Part shown: positions 51,675-64,000 of the stretch, in pieces
Layout: the number at the start of each line of letters is the position of its first letter
How positions within the stretch are numbered: position 1 is the stretch's first letter
Translations under genes and position numbers: made by a program
Notes under the pieces: generated by a model
Seen by the model: only the letters and a program-made list of their open reading frames with translations
Databases searched by the model: none
Told to the model about the DNA's origin: nothing
NCBI GenBank assembly: GCA_050613775.1
Contig: JBODTK010000015.1
Span: forward strand, 496,001-560,000
Length of the DNA: 64,000 nucleotides
Source of the DNA: Neocallimastix sp. 'constans'
Lineage: Eukaryota
Direction of reading: 5' to 3'

Positions 51675-54600
51675 AAAAAATAAACAAAATGAGGATACGC
51701 ATATGAACTATTTCTTTGAGGATTACAATCAATCATATGCGGAATCCAACCACAACACTTCAGCATTACCATTTAAAAATAAAAGTTATTACATAAAAGA
51801 CGATACACAAAACAAAGAGATGTCAAATAAAAATAATAATTCAATTCAAAAAATAATTCCATGGACATTAGACTCCGGTACAACTTACCACATGACCGGA
51901 AACGTAGATCTTTTAGATAATAAGAAAGCCTTCAATAAGAAAATATTTTTTGCTAATGGAGATTATGTAAAATCAAAATACATAGGAGAATTTAATGGAT
52001 ACATAAATGACAATAAAATTTCATTAAAAAATATTTTATTTATTCCAGAATTCAAAAGAAATTTGATGTCAGTAGATTGTTTGACTGATAGTCACTTTAA
52101 AACGGTATTTTTCAAAGATAACAATATCAATAAAGTATCAATATACAATAAAAATAATAATAAATTATTTACAGCATGTTCAAATAATACAAAAACATAT
52201 ACCATTTGGACATCAAAAAAGAAGTTCACATTTCCAATCAACAATGGTATATGCAATTACATTGCAGATTCAGACTGTGAAAGTTTATTTCTATGGCACA
52301 AACGACTTGGGCACTTCAACATAAATAATCTTCGACATATTTTAACAAAAATTAATACTAAGCAGCAGTGCCAAATATGTGCCAAAACAAAATTAAAAAA
52401 TTTCCCCTTCCAGCAAAATGACAATAGGGCCAAAGAACCATTTGAGTTGGTTCATATGGATACAGTCTCAATTACTGATGAATCCCTCTATGGAAACAAA
52501 TACTTCCTTTCTATTTTGGATGATTATTCCCGCTTTGGTTGGATCTTATTCTTTAAGTCTAAGGCTGAGGTTTTTCAAAAATTTATCTCATGGTATAATA
52601 TGATTAAAAATATTTTTGGAAGAAACATTAAATTTCTTCGTACGGATAATGGAACTGAGTTTACAAACAAGTTTTTTGAAGATTTTTGTACTAATAACGG
52701 TATTGTGCATGAATTCTCAATACCATATTCACCTCAACAAAATGGTCGGATAGAAAGACTACATGGCACTCTTTTCCCAAATGCTCGTGCCATTCTTGAA
52801 GAAGGTAAATTAAACCATGTTTTTTGGGAGGACGCCGTCTCTACTGTTAATTTCATTTACAATCGTATTCCCCACAGAGGTATTGGAAATTCTACTCCTT
52901 ATGAGTTACTTTATGATAATAAGGTTGACTTTTCTAAATTTCGTGTTTTTGGATGTAGGGTATTCTTTTATGTACCCAAACAATTTCGAAAAAAGCTTTT
53001 CAATTCTGCCCTTCCTGGTATTTTTATTGGATATGATACTAATCCATCAGCTTATAGAATTTATGATATCACTAATAATAAGGTGATTCTCTCTCGTTCG
53101 GTTGTTTTCTTTGAAGATATTCCTGGAAATTGTTCAGCTCCTTCTTCTCCTCCTGAACTTTTAAATTTTACTCCCTATTATGAAATCGAGGGAGATGATA
53201 TTTATAATGAAGATTTTCAGGTTGATAATTATTATAATAATAACAACAATTTAAATATGTCAAACAACAATTATAATATGGATAATTCAAAGGACAGTAA
53301 TAATACAAATAATACAGTTAATCAAAATGAAAATAAAAATAATAATAGTGAATACGAAAATGTACATAACAAGAATTTTAATCAAGAGGAAACAACATTA
53401 CAAAATAACAATTATAATAATAATAATAATAAATCTCAACAAGATGAATTTAATAATATTAATGAAAATGTTAATGAAAATGTGGATTATTTTATAGACA
53501 ATAATAAAGATAACGGTATAAATAATATTCCAAATACTAGTAATAATATTCAAAATAACAATAATGGAAATATGGACGAAAATAATAATTTAACAAAAAG
53601 AAAATTTATAGATGAGACCGAAAAGTTATATAAAAAATTCAGAATTACAAATAATTTAAATTTAAGTAAATTTAACGAAGATCAAGAATTAGACCCACCA
53701 CTAAATTTTAATGATATATTTGGAAGACCGGATGAAAAAAAATGGCTTGAGGCTGTAGAAAATGAATTAAACAATATGAAAATTAAAAAGGTATATTCAG
53801 TTGTAAAAAGCATTCCAAACAATAAAAATCTTATATCAAGCAAGTGGGTATTCAGTTATAAAAGAGATGATAAAGGTAATATTATCAAATACAAAGCAAG
53901 ACTGGTAGCTCGAGGATTTTCACAAATTTACGGTGTGGACTATGAGGAAACTTTTTCTCCAACTCTGAAACAGGACTCCCTCAGGATAATTACTAATTTA
54001 TCTGCATATTATAATTTCGATATGTATCAACTGGATATCAAAGCTGCATACTTGAATGCAGAAGTAGAAGAAGAATTATACATGGAAACTCCTGAAGGTT
54101 TCGAAAATCCTGGTTTTTGGAAGTTAAATAAAGCAATATATGGGTTGAAGCAAGCTGGAAGAATGTGGAATAACAAGATAAATGAAACGTTATTAAAATT
54201 GGGTTTTACAAGAACAAAAAGTGAACCATGCGTATATTGTAAAAGGGATAACAAAGGCAATATTTCATGTATATTAGCAATTTATGTTGATGATATAATT
54301 ATTTCAGGAAAGAAGAATGAAATAAATTATGTTAAATCCGAAATTAAAAATATTTTTGACTTAAGTGATATTGGACCTGTAGATTTCATAATAGGCATAA
54401 AATTTATTAAAACGAAATATGGATATATCATGCATCAATTACAATATTTAAATAAAATTTTGGAAAAATTTAAAATTGAAGAATATAATCAAATATCTAG
54501 TTTAACATATATTCAAGATGAAGAATTAAGAAAAAGAAGCTTTGATCCGAAGAAGTATATGCAAGCTGTTGGCAGTCTACTCTACCTTGCTATGGGTACA

Positions 54601-55215
54601 AGACCGGACATCCTATTTGCCACTAGTAAAGCTTCCAGAAAGAACAGAAATCCAACTTATGAAGATTGGATAAATGTAATAAAAATATTTAGATATCTAA
54701 AAGGAACAAAATATTATGGACTTTCTTATACAGGTAACATTAATCTGGATGTTTATGTTGATGCAGATTTAGGTGGAGATGAAGAAACAAAACGTTCGAC
54801 AACTGGATTCATAATTAATATGGGAAAAACACCTATTTGTTGGTATTCTAAATTACAGCACTGTGTTTCTATATCAACTGCAGAAAGTGAGTATTATAGT
54901 TTAAATGAATGTGCGCTTAAATGTATGTGGTTTAAAAACTTTATGAGAGAATTAAATATAAATACAGGTACAATTAAAATAAAAGTAGATAATAAAGCAG
55001 CTATATACAATAGTGAAAATGAAACTATTAATCCAAAGTCTAGACATATTAATTTAAGGTATCATAAAGTCAGAGAATTAGTAAGAGAAAAAGAAATTAA
55101 ATTGGAATACATCAAATCAGAAAATAATTTAGCGGACGGACTAACTAAATATCTTAATGGACCTTTATTAAACAAGTTTAGAAGAATAATGCTATGGCAA
55201 CTAAGAGGAAATTAA
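51553..55215 (+). CDS. pol: Copia-A Pol (PR-IN-RT-RH) in the +1 frame relative to gag; true entry probably about 51649
   Basis: WTLDSGTTYHM, LWHKRLGH..CQIC, VHMD/TDNG/RIER (DDE), YVDD, YVDADLGG..ADGLTK, all in one uninterrupted frame. Confidence 0.96.
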   Translation: MEKRDTSPPNVNSKEMEKIIIRDTTVKKQIKGGISLNTEIEKNKQNEDTHMNYFFEDYNQSYAESNHNTSALPFKNKSYYIKDDTQNKEMSNKNNNSIQKIIPWTLDSGTTYHMTGNVDLLDNKKAFNKKIFFANGDYVKSKYIGEFNGYINDNKISLKNILFIPEFKRNLMSVDCLTDSHFKTVFFKDNNINKVSIYNKNNNKLFTACSNNTKTYTIWTSKKKFTFPINNGICNYIADSDCESLFLWHKRLGHFNINNLRHILTKINTKQQCQICAKTKLKNFPFQQNDNRAKEPFELVHMDTVSITDESLYGNKYFLSILDDYSRFGWILFFKSKAEVFQKFISWYNMIKNIFGRNIKFLRTDNGTEFTNKFFEDFCTNNGIVHEFSIPYSPQQNGRIERLHGTLFPNARAILEEGKLNHVFWEDAVSTVNFIYNRIPHRGIGNSTPYELLYDNKVDFSKFRVFGCRVFFYVPKQFRKKLFNSALPGIFIGYDTNPSAYRIYDITNNKVILSRSVVFFEDIPGNCSAPSSPPELLNFTPYYEIEGDDIYNEDFQVDNYYNNNNNLNMSNNNYNMDNSKDSNNTNNTVNQNENKNNNSEYENVHNKNFNQEETTLQNNNYNNNNNKSQQDEFNNINENVNENVDYFIDNNKDNGINNIPNTSNNIQNNNNGNMDENNNLTKRKFIDETEKLYKKFRITNNLNLSKFNEDQELDPPLNFNDIFGRPDEKKWLEAVENELNNMKIKKVYSVVKSIPNNKNLISSKWVFSYKRDDKGNIIKYKARLVARGFSQIYGVDYEETFSPTLKQDSLRIITNLSAYYNFDMYQLDIKAAYLNAEVEEELYMETPEGFENPGFWKLNKAIYGLKQAGRMWNNKINETLLKLGFTRTKSEPCVYCKRDNKGNISCILAIYVDDIIISGKKNEINYVKSEIKNIFDLSDIGPVDFIIGIKFIKTKYGYIMHQLQYLNKILEKFKIEEYNQISSLTYIQDEELRKRSFDPKKYMQAVGSLLYLAMGTRPDILFATSKASRKNRNPTYEDWINVIKIFRYLKGTKYYGLSYTGNINLDVYVDADLGGDEETKRSTTGFIINMGKTPICWYSKLQHCVSISTAESEYYSLNECALKCMWFKNFMRELNINTGTIKIKVDNKAAIYNSENETINPKSRHINLRYHKVRELVREKEIKLEYIKSENNLADGLTKYLNGPLLNKFRRIMLWQLRGN

Positions 55216-55847
55216 ACTTACGAGGGAGTGTTAGAAATTAAGTTTAATATTCCAGATATTTTAATATAATATGATTATTTAATAATAATTTATTTTTATA
55301 ATATTTTATAAGTTATATATAATTTAATAATAAATAAAAATTTATTAATAAGAAATAATTAAGTGAATGAAAACACGATTTAAATAAATAAAAACTTCAT
55401 GTAAACAAAAAAATTAAATGTATGAATTTAAGAAATAACGCGTGTAATAATTAAAAAAAAAAAAAAAAATAAATAAAAAAATAAAAGTGATAATTTTACA
55501 ACAGAAGTTCAGGTTCGGCTCTTTTAAGGTTTATTCTTTATTTGGGGGATATAATTTATGTTTTATAAAAATAATTTTTATTTAAATTTTATTTATTTAG
55601 AAGAATTACATTTACTTATCATTATTAAAAATTATAAACTAACATTTATTCTTAACATTTAATATTTAATTTCATATTTTGATCTCAAGAATTACACTAA
55701 TCTACTATTTTTTATTCTTGGACAAAGAAATAAAACTATTTCTAAATATTTTTCTCTTTTATAATTATTTACTATAATAAAGTTTTCCTATATTAAAGTA
55801 TAATTATTAATTTACTTTCATTTATGTTTAAATTAAATAATAAAAAT

Positions 55848-56436
55848 GGGGGAGGAGCATTTCGCAAAATTTCATTTCGGAAAGTTTCATTTCGGAAAAT
55901 TTACATAAAAAGTTTCATTTCGCAAAATTTTTAATAAATAAATAAATTAATAATAAAATAAATAAATAATATATATAATTTAAATAAAAAACTAAATAAA
56001 TAAATAAATATATAAAACTATAATAAATAAATAAATTTTAAAATTAAATTTTTAAAAAAAAAAATACATATATATATGGACATATATATATTAAATATAC
56101 ATTATATAATAATAAATATTCATTAGAATTAACGCTTTAAAAAAATAAAATATTTTATCATATGTTTTAAACGTTTTATAATTTTTTAAAATATAAATAA
56201 GAATTTTATATATATATAAAAAAAATAAGTATTAATAACTTAAAAGATGTAAAGGATAACAATTTAAAATATAATTGTTAAATTTAAAATATAACTATTA
56301 AAATTAAAAACAGTTAAAATATAATATCTAAATAATTAATTGATCATTTTACACCTTTTAAGTCCTTGCGCAGTATTTTAAAAATCTTAAATTGCTAATA
56401 AATTTTTTTAATAAAAGAAATATTTATAAATAATTC

Positions 56437-56471
<35 letters not shown>

Positions 56472-56746
56472 TGAGGACATCATAAAAAAGGGAGTTAAAA
56501 ATAGCACAAAATTAGGATGATTTTAGGTGGTATCTATTTTTTTATTTTTTATTTTATATTATATATTTTATATTTTATATTTTATATTATTTATTTTATA
56601 TTTTTATTTTTATTTTATATTTTATATTTTTTTTTTTATTTTTATATTTTATATTTTATATTTTTATTTTATATTTTTTATATTTTTTGTATTTTTTTTT
56701 TATTTTTTATTTTATATTTTTTATTTTTATTTTTTATTTTTTATTT

Positions 56747-56784
<38 letters not shown>

Positions 56785-57199
56785 TATTTTTTATTTATAT
56801 TTTATATTTTATATTTTATATTTTTTTTATATTTTATATTTTATATTTTATATTTTATATTTTTTTTTTTATTTTATATTTTTATATTTTATATTTTTAT
56901 ATTTTATATTTTATATTTTTTTTTTTTTATATTTTATATTTTATATTTTATATTTTATATTTTTTATTTTTTTTTTTTATTTTTTATTTTATATTTTTTA
57001 TTTTATATTTTATAATTCTTTTTTTTTATTTTTTTATTATTTATTTATTTTATTATTTATTTATCTATTTATTAAAGTTTTGCGAAATGAAACTTTTCCG
57101 AAATGAAATTTTTGCGAAATGAACTTTTGCGAAATGACACAAAAAACTTTGCGAAATGAAACTTTTCCGAAATGAATTTTTGCGAAATGACACACACTC
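55848..57199. mobile_element. Non-autonomous Mutator-like element with arrays of subterminal repeats
   Basis: 9-bp TSD AATAAAAAT; G-rich termini GGGGGAGGAGCATTTCGC / GAGTGTGTGTCATTTCGC; inverted CATTTCG(C/G)AAA repeats, 4 on the left and 7 on the right; non-coding interior. Confidence 0.9.
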
Positions 57200-57362
57200 A
57201 ATAAAAATATATAAATTAATTTCTAATAAGAAATACAATAAAAACTATAAAAACTAGATTAATACATAAATTTATGATTTTACTACATTTCTTAATTAAC
57301 ATAAATTTATTATTAATTAGAGTTTTTATTTCTATTTCATATCAAATCCAAATTATTATTTG

Positions 57363-58061
57363 TGATATAAAACGTAAATAAAAACTTTAATTATTAATAA
57401 ATTATTTTATTAATAATTACATAAAAATAAATTAATAAATCATTTGCAAATTCGTGACATAAATAAAACGTGATAGAAAATAACGTGATAAAATTAAAAT
57501 TATGTAAAGACATAAAATTATGAAAGAACATAAAAATTAATGTAAACATAAAATTTATTACATAAATTTTATGTTATGTTTAAATTGAAATAATTTATAA
57601 TTTCTTTTTATTATTTTTATTACTTTTATATTGATATTTTATTTTATTATATTTTTAATTATTTTAATAATTATTATTTTATATTTATATTTTATATTTT
57701 ATTAATTATAATAAAATAATATTTTATGAATATTTTATTTTATACTTTTATCTTAAATACTTTAAATACTAAATAATTAATTTTTATTATTTTTAAAATA
57801 GTTTATAGTTAAAGAAAATTATAAAAAGAATACTTTTTCTTTATGTTAATTCTTTGCAATATTTTATGCCAATTTACTTCATACAATATTTAATTTATAT
57901 TATATAATTACTTTTATATTTACAATGAATAATTAAATAAATGTAACAAATAAGTTTTATAATTACTTTTAAATAATAAATAAATAAAATTTTATAATTA
58001 AATAACAAATTTATAAAACTTCTCCCAACAAGAGAACTTGAACCAAAGGCGTACTTTATCA
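57363..58061 (+). mobile_element. Solo LTR (699 bp), diverged relative of the 5687-6385 LTR
   Basis: TGATATAAAA..GTACTTTATCA; colinear similarity to 5687-6385; 4-bp TSD TTTG. Confidence 0.92.
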
Positions 58062-59740
58062 TTTGCTTTATTATAATTATAATAATTTAAAACAAAAATT
58101 TTCTCCTCATGTTTTAAATTATCTTCATTTAAATTTCCAAAGTGGCCATTTAAATAATTTAAATGTAAATTTTGAAAATGATTATAACTTAAAGGATTAT
58201 AGTAATAATTATTTATTTTCTGAAAGTGATAAAATTAAAAACAATAATTTAATAAATAATAATAACAATTTAAATAATAATAATAATAATAATTCAAATT
58301 TAAACAATAATAATTTAAATTTAAATTCAACATTTAAAAATAATCAAAACCAAATTCAAGAATACACTGGAAATAATTCAGGAAATAATATAAATTCAAA
58401 TAAAAAACAGGATATAACAAATAACATTGATAATAATAATAATAGCAAAGGTAATTATTCTGAATTAAAAAATTTAATTAAAAATGATTTAAATTTAAAT
58501 AAAATAAATAATAATTTGAAAAATGTAAACAAAGACTCAAATTCAAATTTCAAAAATGTGAATGAAGAATTAAATTTCAATAATAATGGGAATAATAATA
58601 TCAATAATAATAAAAATAAAATTGACGAAAATTCAATTTTATATAAGGAAATTTTAGTTAATAAACAATTAAATTCAAATTTTAAAAATAATTTAAATTC
58701 AAATAAATAATTAAATGTAAACAAACATTTAAATTTAAAAATTGAAGATTCTCTAAATAATAATGAACTTATTTCGAAAGATTTTAATATACTTAATAAG
58801 GTAAGAGGAAATTTAATGAAGAAGTTTAGAACGATATAAATAAAAAAATAAAAAATTTAGCTAATTTTGAAATACTTTCTTATGATAATGAAGTATTGAA
58901 CCCTCATACAAACTATGATGAAATTTATGGTCGACCTGACAAAAAACTATGGTTAAAGGCTGTGGAAGATGAATTAAACTATATGAAGAATAAAATAGTA
59001 TATAAATATGTCTTCCGTATTCCCAAAGGTAAAAATGAAATATCCTGTAGATGGGTTCTGCACCAGTTACATGGTATTCCAAACTTCAACAGTGTATAGC
59101 AGTTTTAACAGCTGAAAGTGAGTATTATAGCCTTAATGAGTGCACTCTTAAATGTTTATGGATAAAAAATCTTCTAAATGAATTAAATATTGGATGTATG
59201 ACAATAAAAATTGATAATAAAGCTGCAATTTATAATAGTAAGAATGAAATAATTAATCCCAAGTCAAGTCATATAGATTTAAAATACCATAAAATTAGAG
59301 AATTAGTAAAAGAAAATAAAATAAATTTAAAATATATAAAATCTCAATATAATTTAGCTGATGGACTGACTAAATATTTGAATGGTACTTTAACTAATAA
59401 ATTTAGAAATGCTTTATTATATAAAATTTAGTATATTAAACTTACGAGGAATTGTTAGAAATATGTTTAATATTATTAATATGAAATTAATATATAATTA
59501 ATAAATGTTTATAGTTAATAATAAAAAAATATGATATCATAAATATAAAATATATGTATAAGTATTAATGGCGTATTATATCAAATGATATATACCACAA
59601 ATATATATATGTAAAATTATTATAAAATATATGCTATAAATAATTAACAATGTAATATTTTAATATACGAAAAGAAAAAAAAACTTCTTAATAAATTTAA
59701 TAAAGTAAAATTTCATATTAATATTATTTATTATTATTAA

Positions 59741-59849
59741 TTATTATTTATTATTATTTATTATTATTTATTATTATTTATTATTATTTATTATTATTTA
59801 TTATTATTTATTATTATTTATTATTATTTATTATTATTTATTATTATTT
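59741..59849. repeat. Tandem repeat, about 11 copies of TTATTATTTA
   Basis: Directly visible 10-bp period. Confidence 0.9.
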
Positions 59850-60741
59850 ATTATTATTTATTATTATTTTCTAGTTTAATAACAATTTTAATAATTATAA
59901 ATAATTTTTATTAACTAAATTAATAATTATTTAATTACACATTAAATGAATTAGTAATTTTTATATTTTATTAAAATTTTATTATTAAATTTTTTTTTAT
60001 TATTAACTTTATAATAATTATGTATATAATAAATTCTTATTAATTATTAAATATTATTATAATAATTTTATAGAATAATATTTTTACTATTAATCTATTC
60101 TAATATTTCTAAACTATCCTAAATTATAGCTAAAATTTATAATTTTATTAAGCTTTTTTATTTTATATTTATTTAATTATAATGTAAAATAATTATTATT
60201 TATCTTTTTTAATTTTTTTTTATTAAATAATTATCTAATTTATTTTATTTGTTTTATTTTGGTTATTATTTATTATTTTATTAATTTAATAATTTAATAA
60301 CAACGAAGAATAATTTAAAGAAATATTTACAAGTATTTATATTTTTACACCAATTTAAGGTATTTATAAATTTAGTAATAAAAAAAAATAAAAGAATAAA
60401 TATTTTTATATTAAAAGAAATAAACGAATAAATATATTATATTAAAAGAAATAAAAGAATAATTATAATTTATTATAGAAATAAAGGAATAATAAAAAAA
60501 TAAAAGAATAATAATAAAGAAAATAAAGAAATAATATCGTTGATAAAAATAAGATTATTAAAAGTTATCTTTTAAAGTTGTTACAATATTTTTTAGAAGA
60601 TTATGATTGATTTTTAATTTTAATTTTATTAAGGCAGAATTATTTAAGGTTCAGATAAGTTAATCTAATTTAAGGTTAAAAATTAATTTTCAAATAAATT
60701 TTATTATAATATATTTGAATTTATAATTTCATTCTTCATCA

Positions 60742-63700
60742 ATTCGTCGGCCCTTAAGAGTTAACTTCGTCCCTTGAAGTTATGTTATTTTCTTGTAAGA
60801 CATAAGGGTAAACGTTTTTAATATGTACATTTCTTTCTAAAAGTTTTCCTGTTGATGGGTCTTCCAATACTAGTGTATTAAGTTTTTGCTTGTTTACTAT
60901 TTTAAAAGTTCCATAGAAGTAAGGATCGAGTTTACTTCTACCAATAAGCCTGATCATTACGTAGTCGCCAGGTTTATATTTCTTTTTTAGTGCATTCTGA
61001 AAGCTATTACGATGTTCCCAATATTTATTTGCGTATTCGGAGTATTCAGTGGTCTGTTTGACACAATTTTGATATCTTAAGAAACTGCGAAAGATATATT
61101 CTTCTTCCGTTTCTTCGGATTCTTTATGCATGTCTGGAAACATTATTTCAAGTGGCCAAGTATCTCGTCTTCCGTTAATAGTTCAAAGCTACTACATTTT
61201 GTTTTGGAATTCTTAGTAGTTCTGAGTGCCTACAGAGCTGATGGTAAATATTCGTCCCATTCAGTTTCATTATCAACTAAAAGTCTCAAAAGTTTTCCAA
61301 CTTTACGATTTCTATTTTCTATCATTCCGTTTGATTCTGGATGATGGAGCGAAACGTAATGTACCCATGATCTGCAGAGGTCACTCATCATTTTTGTTAC
61401 TTCTGAAATGAAGGAGTTTCCATTATCTATTATTATAATTTCTGGAGGTCGGTGTCTTGCGAATACTTTGTTAAGGAATTTAATCACTTCTTCTGATTCC
61501 ATATTGGGTATTGCTTTAGCTTCGACCCATTTGGTGAAGTAATCGACTAAAGTTATGATATAATTGTTTTCGTTTTTAGTTTTTGGAAGTGGGCCTATTA
61601 TGTCAAGTCCTACTCTTGTAAAAGATTGTTCCACTGGTGTTGTATGGTTTTCTGTATCTTTAGCTTGTGGTTAAGGCCTACAAATTTGGCATTTATGACA
61701 ACTTTTTATCCACATTTTTACGTCGTTCCAAATCCCGGGACAATAGTAAGATTGCATTATACGATTTGCTGTTTTCTCAGCACCTTCATGACCGATTAGA
61801 TGAGCGCGGTTAATGATATCTTTCTTATCTTTATCTTCATAAATAACTTTCAAGTAAAGGTCATTTTTTTTGTAATATAAAGTATTATTAACGACCTGAT
61901 AATTTTTAGTAAAATATTTTATAACACCTCCAGGTAAGTTTAGGTCTCTAGGATTAAAATCAGCTAATATATTATTAGCGCAATGTACAATTTCATTGGA
62001 ATTTTTGGAAGGGAGTCTTGATAAGGCATCCGCGAAAACATTCTTCCCTTTTTCGTATACTAGATCAATTTTATATTTATTAAATTCTTCTATCCATCTT
62101 GCGTATCTGCTTGAGTAATGATTTATGATCAGTTATGAACTTGGTTGGATTTTTACTGCTAATTATATATTGCCTAAAATGATTTATACTAAATATTACT
62201 AGTCCTTCTAGATCAGTGACTGAGTAATTCTTTTCTGATTTTAAAAGTGTTCTGCTTATGCAGCATATTGGATGTTCTAGATTATCCCCTTCCTTCTGTA
62301 AAAGAACACCTCCAATATCTTTTGTAGAGGTATCGATTCTAACAATAAAGTCTTTTTCGAAGACAGGATAAATAAGAATTGGGTCTGAAAGTAAGCATTC
62401 TTTAATAGTTCCAAAAGCTTCTTGAAGTTTAGTTGACCATACAAATTTTGTATTTTTCTTTAATAATTGAAAAAGTGGATCAGCAATTATAGAGAAATTT
62501 TTGATAAACTTTCTGTAGTAGCTTGCTAGACCTAAGAATGATCTTAGTTCATTTACATCTTTTGGATTATCCCATAGAGCAATACTTTGGAATTTTGAAG
62601 GAATAGTTTTTAGTCCTTTAGAAGTTAATACATGTCCAAGAACTTCGATACTTTCTTGGAAGAATTTACATTTTTTGTAGATTTAATGAAAGATTATACT
62701 TAGAGAATATTTTAAAGATTTGTTCGAGATGATCTAAATGTTCTTTTTTTAAGGATTTAGAGTAAATTACTATGCCATCAAGATATACAAAAAGACACCT
62801 TCCGATTAAAGATAATAGAATCCTATTCATCTCTCGTTAAAAAGTAGCGGGAGCATTAGTCAAACCCAAGGGTATCACTTTAAAATTGTAGTTTCCGAAT
62901 TTCGTTGTAAAGGCAGTTTTTTCTATATCATCTTTATTCATTGGAATTTGACGATATCCAGAATATAAATCACGAGCAGAGAATATTTTTACACCATTAA
63001 CTGAGTATATTAATTCGCCTATAAAGGGAAATGCATATGAGTCTTTTTACTGTTATTTCATTTAGTTTTCTGTAGTCTATGCACATTCTCCATTTCCCGT
63101 TTTTCTTTTCTACTAATAATACAGGAAAGGACCATGAAGAATGGGAAGGAATGATTAGTTCTTTTTCTAAAAGCGAAATAATTTCATTTTTGAGTATGTC
63201 TGAGTGTTCCTTTGAAAGTTTATACGGCTTTTATTTGATAGGTTTATTTATAGTAATGATTATTGTGTGGGGTTCTAATTTTTCCGTACTTATTTGAGAC
63301 AAAGAAGTATCCATACAATTCTTATATTTGTTAATTAAATTTTCGAATTGTACTCTTATTTCTTCTGGGAATGATTCAACTATTTGATTAAGGATTTCTA
63401 GAAATTCCTGGTTTTCTTCTTTTTCGATAATTACGGAATTTAAAAGGGGTATTGTAGTTTCGTCATTGATTATATTTGTAACTTTTTTAACGCCATGTTT
63501 TGATTTTTGATAAATGGCATCGTCGTCATGGTCAATGTATAAACGATATTTCTTTTGTATTCCTCTGCCAAATATAAATTCGAAATAAGGATTTGAATAA
63601 TTAATTATGTAGAACTTTTCTGTAACCGTTAGTTTTCCATTAATATTTATCTTTAATTTTACGAAAATGTCCGTGGCAACTGTTGTACCGTCGGCTATAG

Positions 63701-63890
63701 TTATATTTTAAGGGCTTTCACACTGTTGGATACTTATATTTTCGATTTTGTCCAGACCTCCTGTGGTTATTACATTAACGTTTGCACCTGTATCATAAAG
63801 TATATTGAAGGTTTTATTATCTATTTCTCCACAAATAATAGGGATATTAATATTTGATAAGGAACAAAGTATTTTCTCTACTCTAGGTTT
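60742..63890 (-). pseudogene. pol: Gypsy-3 pol (PR-RT-RH-IN), degenerate; probable 3' LTR begins TGATGAAG at 60741
   Basis: LYDTGANVN, WRMCIDYRKL, FVYLDG, HLIGHEG..CHKC, LDIIGPLP, KLDPYFYGTF; many stops and frameshifts; gag not in the window. Confidence 0.92.
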
Positions 63891-64000
63891 ACAACTGTAA
63901 AATGTTCCTTATGGAGCAGATTACAATTACGAAAAAAAAAACAAAAACAAAAACAACACTATCAATAACAATACTCAAATGAAATTTATTTTTTAAAAAA

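Larger units (their letters stand above)
50176..55503 (+). mobile_element. Full-length, apparently intact Ty1/copia element 'Copia-A'
   Basis: LTRs 50176-50456 and 55229-55503 differ visibly only in the poly(A) tract; 5-bp TSD GAAGT; PBS 50457-50470; PPT ACGAGGGAG. Confidence 0.98.
50160..57344 (-). mobile_element. Gypsy-type solo LTR (about 490 bp net) that later received Copia-A and a Mutator element
   Basis: Minus-strand ends TGATATGAAATAG (57344) and ..GAACTTCGTACTTTATCA (50160, read across the Copia-A site); 4-bp TSD AATC (50156-50159, 57345-57348). Confidence 0.8.
47618..59716 (+). mobile_element. Ty1/copia element 'Copia-B', degenerate host of several insertions (gag/PR 48034-49473, linker ~50050-50159 and 58066-58900, RT/RH remnant to 59431)
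   Basis: Matching LTRs 47618-47885 and 59453-~59716 (last bases missing); PBS GATTAAGAGTCTCA; CWNCGRFDHFSDEC knuckle, WTVDSG, ADGLTK; PPT ACGAGGAA. Confidence 0.88.

Noticed and set aside
56517..57122. Three overlapping Phe/Tyr/Ile-rich ORFs
   Set aside because: Artefacts of a T-rich low-complexity tract that lacks stop codons, inside a non-coding Mutator element.

Overview
This window is extremely AT-rich eukaryotic DNA with no intact host gene. It is a stack of nested transposons. The base composition, Asn-rich linkers and bacterial-style NRPS fragment fit an anaerobic gut fungus (Neocallimastigomycota), but that is inference. By matching LTR termini, primer-binding sites (PBS), polypurine tracts (PPT) and target-site duplications (TSD) by eye, I resolved five groups. 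(1) Three degenerate Ty3/gypsy elements plus several non-autonomous or solo-LTR relatives, with TGAT..ATCA ends, tRNA-Ala PBS and 4-bp TSDs. (2) Five Ty1/copia elements or remnants, one apparently intact (50176-55503); every copia PBS is GATTAAGAGTCTCA (one with a G>A change), complementary to the anticodon arm of tRNA-Lys(CUU), implying half-tRNA priming. (3) A TGTAAC..TTACA LTR family with Tf1-like self-priming geometry; one copy has an NRPS thiolation-condensation fragment in place of its coding region. (4) Mutator-type DNA transposons. (5) A 24-copy 36-bp minisatellite expanded inside one LTR. Three different priming strategies appear to co-occur. A young non-autonomous LTR element also carries an orphan ORF with Q/N-rich pentapeptide repeats. 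All coordinates were read by eye and may be off by a few bases; no database searches were run.
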